Below are positions 56,442-64,000 of a stretch of DNA of 64,000 bases, one piece after another. The notes under the pieces are model-generated. The model ran no database searches, was not told the origin of the DNA, and worked only from the letters and a program-made list of their open reading frames with translations. How positions within the stretch are numbered: position 1 is the first letter of the stretch; each line of letters begins with the position of its first letter. The translations under genes were made by a program, and so were the position numbers. Source of the stretch: Bacteroidales bacterium (GTDB lineage: Bacteria; Bacteroidota; Bacteroidia; Bacteroidales; JAADGE01); the NCBI GenBank assembly GCA_021108035.1, contig JAIORQ010000025.1:2004-66003 (forward strand), in the 5' to 3' direction.

Positions 56442-58067
56442 ATGAACAAAACATACAGAGACATCCTAAAATGGGGAGATAAACGAGAACAAAAAATTGA
56501 TGACGCGACATTAAAAGTAATCAAAGAAAAATTCTCAATATCTGATCAAGACTTGGTAAACAAACATTTATTCGGTGATAATGAAGTTAAATTAGAAAAA
56601 AAAACATCTTTATCAGAAGAGCAAATAAATGATTTAAAAAAAATTGCAGGAAGTGAGAATATATTAACAGATGATTTCTCTCGTGCAAATTTCTCATACG
56701 GAAAATACTATTCGGATCTTTTACTTTTAAGAAAAGGATTAATCCCAAATCCTCCGGATGCAGTTATAAATCCGAAATCTCATGATGATGTAGTTAAATT
56801 AGTTAATTATTGTAATAAAAATACAATTCCGATTATTCCTGTTGGAGGGCAATCAAGTGTTACAAGAGGACTTGAAACACCGAAAGGAGGTGTTGCTTTG
56901 GATATGACTATGCATTTGAATCAAGTTATTGAAGTTAATTCAATGAATATGACGGCAAAAGTCCAAGCAGGAATGTTCGGACCGGCATTTGAGGAACATC
57001 TTAATAAACTCGGTTATTCTTGCGGACATTTTCCTCAATCTTTTGAATTTTCAACGGTAGGAGGTTGGGTAGCGGCAAGAGGTGCAGGGCAAGCATCAAC
57101 AGGTTACGGAAAAATTGATCAAATGATTGTTGCTTTAAAAGTTGTTACACCGGCAGGAGTAATCGAAAATAAAGATTATCCATCAAACGCCGAAGCATGG
57201 GATACTTTCCCTTTATTTGTCGGTTCAGAAGGAACTCTCGGAGTTATTACTGAAGTTACAATGAAGATTAAAAAACTTCAACCTCAAAATACTGCCTATG
57301 CATCTTTTGTGTTTAAAAATTTTGAGTCTGCAGTTAATGCAATGAGAGAAATAATGCAGTCTGAATTCGGAAAACCACATTTATTCCGAATTTCCGACCC
57401 TGATGAAACTGATATTGCATTTAAAACTAAAGGTTTTGATGAAAAATTCTCAAATAAAGTGCTGAAAGCATTGGGTTATACTTCCGGAGAAAGATGTCTT
57501 ATGTTTGTTTCTGTGGAAGGTGATGCAGCTTATACGAAGTTTGTAAAAAGAAAAATTAAAAAGACAGCAAAAAAGAATAAAGGATTTTATATCGGCGAAA
57601 GCCCGACAAAAAATTGGTTAAAGCAAAGATATTCAAGTGCATATATGAGGGAGCCGCTGATGGATTTGGGAATAATGACTGATACTATTGAAACAGCAGT
57701 TACTTGGGATAATTTAATAAATCTTTGGAAATCTGTAAGAACTTATGTTTATAAAAGACAAAAGATTGTATTAATGTCTCATATTTCACATGTTTATGAA
57801 AACGGTGCAAATTTGTATTTTACATTTTTAAGTCCGATGGAAATTGGCAATGAAGAAGATGATTATAAGCAATTTCATAAAGGATTAGTTGATGCGATTC
57901 ATAATAATAAGGGTTCATTATCACATCATCACGGAATAGGCAGAGTTTTGGCACCATGGATGAAAGAGGCTGTGTCAGAAGAAGTTTTAAAAGCTATGCA
58001 AGCAGTAAAAAACCACTTTGACCCTAACGGAATTATGAATCCTGTTGGGATGTTGGGCTTGAAATGA
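56442..58067 (+). CDS. FAD-linked oxidase (PCMH-type FAD-binding domain; alkyl-DHAP-synthase / D-lactate-dehydrogenase-like)
   Basis: 541 aa. FAD-binding-4 region (IPIIPVGGQSSVTRG...) and C-terminal FAD-oxidase_C region (HHHGIGRVLAPWM). Confidence 0.65.
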   Translation: MNKTYRDILKWGDKREQKIDDATLKVIKEKFSISDQDLVNKHLFGDNEVKLEKKTSLSEEQINDLKKIAGSENILTDDFSRANFSYGKYYSDLLLLRKGLIPNPPDAVINPKSHDDVVKLVNYCNKNTIPIIPVGGQSSVTRGLETPKGGVALDMTMHLNQVIEVNSMNMTAKVQAGMFGPAFEEHLNKLGYSCGHFPQSFEFSTVGGWVAARGAGQASTGYGKIDQMIVALKVVTPAGVIENKDYPSNAEAWDTFPLFVGSEGTLGVITEVTMKIKKLQPQNTAYASFVFKNFESAVNAMREIMQSEFGKPHLFRISDPDETDIAFKTKGFDEKFSNKVLKALGYTSGERCLMFVSVEGDAAYTKFVKRKIKKTAKKNKGFYIGESPTKNWLKQRYSSAYMREPLMDLGIMTDTIETAVTWDNLINLWKSVRTYVYKRQKIVLMSHISHVYENGANLYFTFLSPMEIGNEEDDYKQFHKGLVDAIHNNKGSLSHHHGIGRVLAPWMKEAVSEEVLKAMQAVKNHFDPNGIMNPVGMLGLK

Positions 58068-58105
58068 TATGGGTTTTCCCGGAGAAACTATGCAAATGAC
58101 TAATT

Positions 58106-58882
58106 TTGTCGGTAAATATTTACTTTACATTGTTAAATTGTTATATTGTTTCATTGTTGTGTTTTAACAATTCGGAATTATCGGTTAATTGGTTTAATCT
58201 AAAATTTTATTATTTTTGCGACAAATTTAATATTAATTTAAAAATCGCAAAAATGAAAATAGTAAATATTATAACAAAAAATATTTGGGTAATTTTTTTA
58301 ATAAATACAAAAGATTTAATTGATTTAATTACATATATAATTGAAAAAAAAGAAAACGGAAATTTTAATATGGATTGGGCTACATTTATTTTTGACATAT
58401 TATTAGTTGTATTTGTTTATATTGTATTAAAAAAACAAAATGAAAGATATTCTGAAATGGTTGAACTAAAAAATAAATCAGAGAAAGCAAATAGAGATAA
58501 TTCAGAATTAATAATAAATAAACATGAAAATTTAACGAATGAGATATTTGAAATATTTAAAACGTTTAATAAATTAATAAAAAAACAACAGCAATTACAA
58601 GAACAATATTTGCTTTCAAAAAATGATAGTTTTAGAAATATTACAAAAGAATTAAATTCATGTTTTGAAGAATTACACAACAACCCATGTGAAATACATT
58701 TAAAAGAAAAAAATATTAAAGGTGATGAAGTAAGCTATCTAAACTATTATGAAAAAGTATCTATTGATTTAGAGGAAATCATAAGTGAAAGTCAAGATAA
58801 AACAATGCAAAGTTTATTAAAAGAATTATTAGATTTAGAGAATGAAGTTATTGAAAATATGGATAAAATAAATAAATTATGA
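58106..58882 (+). CDS. Hypothetical membrane-anchored coiled-coil protein in an AT-rich patch. The true start is probably internal (MDWATF..., ~58367)
   Basis: One TM helix (FIFDILLVVFVYIVL) followed by a Lys/Glu/Asn-rich helical region. Stop overlaps the IS1595 transposase start. Confidence 0.35.
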   Translation: MSVNIYFTLLNCYIVSLLCFNNSELSVNWFNLKFYYFCDKFNINLKIAKMKIVNIITKNIWVIFLINTKDLIDLITYIIEKKENGNFNMDWATFIFDILLVVFVYIVLKKQNERYSEMVELKNKSEKANRDNSELIINKHENLTNEIFEIFKTFNKLIKKQQQLQEQYLLSKNDSFRNITKELNSCFEELHNNPCEIHLKEKNIKGDEVSYLNYYEKVSIDLEEIISESQDKTMQSLLKELLDLENEVIENMDKINKL

Positions 58883-59922
58883 ATTTAGTCGAAATATCAA
58901 ATAAGTTTCCAACTGAATTAGATTGTATCAAGTACTTTGAAAAAGTACGTTGGAATAATTCTATTGTCTGTGCTTATTGTAGTTCTGATAATATTGGGGA
59001 ACGAAATAAAGACCATAGATTTCATTGTAAGACTTGCAAGAAAAGTTTTTCTGTAACTACCGGTACAAAATTACACAATACGAGATTAACCTTAAAAACA
59101 TGGCTAATATCATTCGGTGTTATATCAGATGCAAAAAAAGGTATTTCGGCTAAACAACTTGAACGAAATTTAGGAGTACATTATGAAACTGCATGGACTA
59201 TGTATCATAAAATACGTGAACTAATGATTGAAGATGTTAAATTAGAAGGGATCGTTGAAGCGGATGAAACGTTTATTGGGGGAGTTCCTCGTTATAATCT
59301 TCCAAAAGGAGTAAAAGAACATAAGAAAATGCCTAAACTTGACGAAAAAATTGAGGAGTATAAAAATGAGTTCAAATTTAAAAAAGGTAAGTATAAAAAA
59401 CCTTTTCGTGAAGAACCTGCAAAACGTGGCAGAGGAACTGAAAAAACTGCTGTATCAGGTTTAGTGCAAAGAAACGGAGATGTTATTGCACAAGTAATGA
59501 ATAAAACATCATTTACTGAAATAAAAAAACTTGTTAAAAAATATATTGATATGCCTGACAGTGTTTTATTAACTGATGAGTTTAAGGCTTATACAAGATT
59601 TGATGCTATAATGAAACATGTAGCTATTGATCATAATAAAACATATTCGTATCGTGGTTTAAATACAAATATGATAGAATCCTTTTGGGAAATAGTGAAA
59701 CGTGGCATTCACGGGCAATACCACCATGTCAGCGATAAATATTTACAAAAATATTTAGATGAATTTTGTTTCAAATTTAATAACCGAAAAAAAGATGATA
59801 TGTTTGAAACACTTATCAAAAATTCTATGTTGCCTTTAAACAAAGCAATTAAGAGAAATACTAAAAAAATGGTTGAAGAAAATGAAAAATATTTAGCGGA
59901 TTTAAAAGCTAATAAAAAATAA
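58879..59922 (+). mobile_element. IS1595-family transposase gene (N-terminal zinc-ribbon + ISXO2-like DDE domain)
   Basis: 347 aa. Zn-ribbon CAYCSSDNIGERNKDHRFHCKTCKK. DDE-domain stretch GIVEADETFIGG...VLLTDEFKAY...MIESFW. The terminal inverted repeats could not be defined confidently by eye. Confidence 0.7.
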
Positions 59923-60160
59923 TTATCAAAGAAGTTATTTATGAAAAATAAAAAAATGATACGGAATTTATTTATGAGATGGAGGTTAGCAAAAGAACTT
60001 GACATTATTAGCAATTCTAATAGAAAACAGTTGCACTATATTTTAATTGTTCAAAATAGAATTAAAGGTGTATTAAAAACGAACGATAATATAGAAGATA
60101 AGTTAAAAGAAATTAAATCTATCTTAATAGCTTCTGATGAAGAATTTGAAAGTTTGATAA

Positions 60161-60541
60161 TTAACGGATTGAGTCAAAAATAGTAGGATATTGTTTAAAA
60201 ATATAAACATATGTTGAATTGTCATCAATACCTCCTTTTTTGTCAGTATTTAAGAAGCCAAGTTTATGTAGGGATGTTTCAAGACTTTCTGCAATCTTTC
60301 GGCTCTTACAGTTAATTTTTTTCCAAAATGGAGTTCCGTTAGGCATTTTGCTATTATGATCTGTTTTTCTTATGTTTGTTTTGTTAGTCATTCCGGCATA
60401 CCACCGAGAATAGTCGCTTTTTATGGTTGAATTGGAATATACCCAATCAAGAAATTCTTTACGAGCATTAATGTATGTTTTTGTTTTTGATGGAGATTTC
60501 TTTTTAATCATAATAAATGATTTTGAATTTAGCAATGACAA
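60161..60541 (-). CDS. Hypothetical protein (126 aa, basic)
   Basis: ORF in the AT-rich patch adjacent to the IS. No recognisable domain. Confidence 0.3.
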   Translation of the reverse strand: MSLLNSKSFIMIKKKSPSKTKTYINARKEFLDWVYSNSTIKSDYSRWYAGMTNKTNIRKTDHNSKMPNGTPFWKKINCKSRKIAESLETSLHKLGFLNTDKKGGIDDNSTYVYIFKQYPTIFDSIR

Positions 60542-60639
60542 ATATAGTAAAATATAACAAAAAATCCCTTTATTAACATAAGAGGCTATAAAAATTGTAA
60601 TTAATTATGAAATTAAGTAGTTTTAAAACATTTAAAAGC

Positions 60640-60850
60640 ATTTTTTATCCTATATTTGTAGGTAGAAAATATAGAAGCGTTAGCTTTTTTCTTGGTTTAC
60701 AAAAATCACCAATTTTTCAAACAACCAAAAGGAATAAGTCTAATGCTCACGCAAAGAGCGTGGGCATACTTATTTTTGGTTGTGGGTGTTTGGTGATACC
60801 TTGTAAACAAGATAAGTTTTGTTCCACGCTTCTTGCATTTTAAAAACTGC
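60640..60850. repeat. Palindrome-rich intergenic element (imperfect ~20-bp inverted repeats cttggtttacaaaaatcacc / ggtgataccttgtaaacaag; internal hairpin gctcacgc-aaaga-gcgtgggc)
   Basis: Inverted repeats read from the sequence. The two overlapping ORFs predicted here (60607-60843 +, 60706-60939 -) are likely spurious. Confidence 0.4.
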
Positions 60851-60880
60851 TTTTGGAACTGGAGCAATCTTAAATTATTT

Positions 60881-61531
60881 ATGATGAAAAAGATTTTTAT
60901 TTTTATGACTATTACAAGTTTTATTTTTGGAAGTTGCAAAAAAGATGAAGTAACACCTACACCTGTAGCTGATTTTACTTATGAACAACAAGACCTTTAC
61001 GGAGAAGCGAGCGACAAAGGTTATAAGGTTGTGTTTACTCAAAATTGTACCGATGCAACATCTTACGATTGGTCGTTCTATAATGTATATGATGGCGAAA
61101 ACGGTAGTGATGTTACAGGTTCAGGAGAAACATTTGATTATCATTATTTAGTTCCGGGTGAATATTATATAACACTTACGGCATCAAATATAGATTATAG
61201 TGATACTGAATATAAAGATATTTTTGTAGAAGGGCAGACAGTAAGCATTTCTGATTATAGTTCAGATAACTTTTCTGATGTTGATTATGGGTCAATAATA
61301 ATATATCTATACAAAACAGAAGCAGATATGAACAATGACGAAAATGATATTGCATTTGTAATACTAAACAAAGGAGAGAGTGATTATATTCCGAATTTGA
61401 AAGAAGAAACCTCTTATTATATAAAAGGATGGAATTACATAAACGATCAGGCTTATGAGGGAATGAATAGTTTTATTGCAAAAAAGAATGAACTCACTTA
61501 TGCCGGAATATTTTTAACTGAAATAAAATAA
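60881..61531 (+). CDS. Lipoprotein with PKD-like Ig-fold domain
   Basis: Lipobox IFGSCKK. PKD-like segment (ADFTYEQQDLYGEASDKGYKVVFTQNCTDATSYDWSF...GEYYITLTASN). Confidence 0.55.
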   Translation: MMKKIFIFMTITSFIFGSCKKDEVTPTPVADFTYEQQDLYGEASDKGYKVVFTQNCTDATSYDWSFYNVYDGENGSDVTGSGETFDYHYLVPGEYYITLTASNIDYSDTEYKDIFVEGQTVSISDYSSDNFSDVDYGSIIIYLYKTEADMNNDENDIAFVILNKGESDYIPNLKEETSYYIKGWNYINDQAYEGMNSFIAKKNELTYAGIFLTEIK

Positions 61532-61668
61532 TTAATTTTTCAAAAATAGTATGAGAGATTTTGTGAACTTAAAGATGCAAATAAAATCTCTCATGCTATA
61601 TAAATAATAGGATTGAGATACTATGAACCAATTAACCGATAATTCCGTAACAATTTAACAATGAAGCA

Positions 61669-63270
61669 ATGAAACAACAATTTAATTCAACAAATCCTTT
61701 TCAGATGAATAATACTGAATTAATACTTTCAATAGACGTAGGAACTCAATCAATAAGAGCGGTAATTATTGATTTAAACGGCAATATTATTGACATTGAA
61801 AAGACTGTAATTGAAGCCTATTATTCGACACAACCGGGTTGGGCAGAACAAGAGCCTTTATATTTTTGGAAAAAATTATCTGAAACTTGCCTGAATTTAT
61901 TTTCCAAAACAGAAGTTTCGAAAGACAGGATTAAAGCTGTAACACTCACTACTCAAAGGAGTACTGTTATTAATGCGGATAATGAAGGAAATCCGTTAAG
62001 GCCCGCAATAATTTGGTTGGATCAAAGGCAGGCAGAAGCTGATAAATACCCCAAAGGCTTTGATAAAGCTGCATTAAGCTTGGTCAATATGAGGGAATCT
62101 GTTACACATGCAGTAAAGAACGCCGAATGCAATTGGTTAATTCAGAATCAGCCCGAAATTTGGAAAAAAACAGATAAATACTTATACTTATCCGGATGGT
62201 TGACTTTTAAACTGACAGGGAGTTTTTCAGATTCTGTCGGGAATATGGTTGGTTATATGCCTTTTGATTATAAAAAACATCAATGGACAAGTGAGAATCA
62301 CAGAAATTTTAAGATGTTTCCTGTTGAGAAAGATAAATTAGCAAGTTTGGTAAAACCATCGGAAGTTTTAGGAGAAATTACCGAGAAAACAGAGAAGGAA
62401 ACCGGAATACCTGCCGGCTTACCTCTAATAGCAGCTGCATCTGATAAAGCTTCAGAAGTTTTGGGTTCGGGTGTTTTTAAACCCGGAATCGCATGTTTAA
62501 GCTACGGAACAACTGCCACAGTTCAAACAACACATAATAAATATTACGAAGTTATCCCGTTTTTTCCTGCATATCCGGGAGCAATCCAAAATTCTTACAA
62601 TACTGAAATAATGATTTACAGAGGCTTTTGGATGATTAATTGGTTTAAGCAACAATTCGGGCACAGAGAAATGCAAATTGCAAAAAAAACAGGCAAAGCA
62701 CCTGAACAATTATTTGATGAAATGATTCGAGAAATACCTCCGGGTTCAATGGGTTTAACACTGCAACCTTATTGGTCGCCCGGTGTAAAGATTCCGGGTA
62801 CGGAAGCAAAAGGAGCAATAATCGGTTTCGGAGATGTTCATACAAGAGCGCACATTTACAGAGCAATATTGGAAGGCTTGGCTTATGCACTTAAAGAAGG
62901 TTTATTAAGAACACAAAAAAGAACGAGAACAAAAGTAAATAAAGTAATTGTATCCGGAGGCGGTTCTCAAAGCGAACAAGCTATGCAATTAACGGCTGAT
63001 ATTTTTAATTTGCCTGTTGAGAAACCTCATACCTATGAAACATCGGCTTTGGGAGCTGCAATTAATGCAGCCGTAGGTATGAAATATTTCAATTCTTACG
63101 AAGAAGCCGTAAAATCAATGTGCCGAACAGGAAAGTCATATTCACCGAATAAGAAAAATAAAGATATTTATGATGAATTGTTTAATAAAGTATATTTGAA
63201 AATGTATAAACGCTTGCAAAAATTATATCACGATATAAGAGATATTACGGGTTATCCTGAGAAAGTATAA
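61669..63270 (+). CDS. FGGY-family carbohydrate kinase
   Basis: 533 aa. N-terminal ILSIDVGTQSIRAVII (FGGY_N). C-terminal FGGY_C motifs (VSGGGSQSEQAMQLTADIFNLPV, ETSALGAAINAAVG). Confidence 0.75.
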   Translation: MKQQFNSTNPFQMNNTELILSIDVGTQSIRAVIIDLNGNIIDIEKTVIEAYYSTQPGWAEQEPLYFWKKLSETCLNLFSKTEVSKDRIKAVTLTTQRSTVINADNEGNPLRPAIIWLDQRQAEADKYPKGFDKAALSLVNMRESVTHAVKNAECNWLIQNQPEIWKKTDKYLYLSGWLTFKLTGSFSDSVGNMVGYMPFDYKKHQWTSENHRNFKMFPVEKDKLASLVKPSEVLGEITEKTEKETGIPAGLPLIAAASDKASEVLGSGVFKPGIACLSYGTTATVQTTHNKYYEVIPFFPAYPGAIQNSYNTEIMIYRGFWMINWFKQQFGHREMQIAKKTGKAPEQLFDEMIREIPPGSMGLTLQPYWSPGVKIPGTEAKGAIIGFGDVHTRAHIYRAILEGLAYALKEGLLRTQKRTRTKVNKVIVSGGGSQSEQAMQLTADIFNLPVEKPHTYETSALGAAINAAVGMKYFNSYEEAVKSMCRTGKSYSPNKKNKDIYDELFNKVYLKMYKRLQKLYHDIRDITGYPEKV

Positions 63271-63328
63271 ACATCTGATGTAATACTTCCGAAAAGTTAT
63301 TCAGCAATGAAAATAATATAAAAATAAT

Positions 63329-63844
63329 ATGAAAGGATATATACATGTTTATACAGGCAACGGGAAAGGGAAAACTACTTCTGCTTTCGGACTTTCTTTA
63401 AGAGCGATCGGAGCAGGTAAGACAGTTTTTTTTGCCCAGTTTGTAAAAGGTAAAACTTATTCAGAAATTGAAGCGGTTCAAAAATTTATACCAAATATTA
63501 CCATTAAGCAATACGGTTTGGGGTGTTTTATTGAAAAGAATCCTACTCCGGCTGATATTAATGCTGCCGAGGAAGGACTTAAGGAAGTTTCATCTGTTAT
63601 CCGTTCCGGAAAATATGATATGGTTGTGTTGGATGAAGCAAACATTGCAGTGTATTTTAAACTTTTTTCGGTTAATGATTTAATTACAGTAATTCAAAAT
63701 AAGACGGATGTAACGGAAATTATAATTACGGGAAGGTATGCACCAAAAGAACTTATAGAAATTGCAGATCTTGTAACAGAGATGAAAGAAATTAAACATT
63801 ATTATAATAAGGGAGTAGAAGCACGTAAAGGAATTGAATATTAA
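63329..63844 (+). CDS. Cob(I)yrinic acid a,c-diamide (corrinoid) adenosyltransferase, CobA/BtuR type
   Basis: 171 aa. P-loop GNGKGKTTSAFG. Family-typical VVLDE and TGRYAP motifs. Confidence 0.8.
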   Translation: MKGYIHVYTGNGKGKTTSAFGLSLRAIGAGKTVFFAQFVKGKTYSEIEAVQKFIPNITIKQYGLGCFIEKNPTPADINAAEEGLKEVSSVIRSGKYDMVVLDEANIAVYFKLFSVNDLITVIQNKTDVTEIIITGRYAPKELIEIADLVTEMKEIKHYYNKGVEARKGIEY

Positions 63845-63877
63845 GGGTTTGGAGAAAATGTTTATTGTATTTTTAAA

Positions 63878-63919
63878 AACCCGGCATAGCTTTTAAATTT
63901 AACTATGCCGGATTTTTTG
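63878..63919 (+). terminator. Rho-independent terminator (cccggcatag...ctatgccgg + TTTTTT), followed by a second hairpin (cctgcctcatcggcaggc) at 63924-63941
   Basis: 9-bp stem plus T6 directly after the adenosyltransferase gene. Confidence 0.65.
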
Positions 63920-64000
63920 TTTCCTGCCTCATCGGCAGGCAAGTCGTTTATTATTTTAAACTACCTTATAACAAGTGCGCAGGTTAATAACCTTCAGTCA

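Noticed and set aside
60607-60939. Two overlapping 77-78-aa ORFs on opposite strands
   Set aside because: They lie in a palindrome-rich intergenic element, and their mutual complementarity explains both ORFs. No coding signal.

Overview
This is an AT-rich Bacteroidota-type chromosomal window. The assignment rests on T9SS C-terminal sorting domains, FecR/ECF sigma modules, TonB-dependent receptors and the TAnnTTTG -7 promoter motif. It is a mosaic of housekeeping genes and several accessory modules. The housekeeping genes include add, an aminotransferase class IV, YqgE/AlgH, a Wza/Wzc capsule-export pair, a PLP Cys/Met enzyme, trxB, mnmA, glpD-like, an FGGY kinase and a corrinoid adenosyltransferase.

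Features outside the housekeeping set:
1. A tightly overlapped five-gene operon: GT4, radical-SAM/SPASM, histidine phosphatase, O-methyltransferase and a WG-repeat protein.
2. A tRNA-Pro(GGG) gene, followed by a promoter/small-ORF/terminator unit.
3. Permuted tRNA-like fragments bracketed by 57-bp hairpin direct repeats, lying upstream of SPFH and rtcB.
4. A 3450-aa T9SS-secreted giant adhesin.
5. A HEPN-like (Rx4H) protein whose gene overlaps a Schlafen-like AlbA_2+HATPase_c_4 gene. This is a candidate defence pair.
6. An ECF sigma / zf-HC2 anti-sigma / Spy-LTXXQ / DUF4405 / GY-repeat envelope-stress cluster, preceded by a perfect 21-bp hairpin.
7. A RhuM / GAFTGA-less AAA+-Fis regulator / DUF4258-like module with direct-repeat operators.
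8. A RelE/ParE-family toxin/antitoxin pair.
9. An IS1595-family transposase in an AT-rich patch.
10. An internally deleted yaaA pseudogene.
11. Multiple nested-palindrome intergenic elements sharing a CATAGSRACG core.

No CRISPR array and no rRNA gene was seen.
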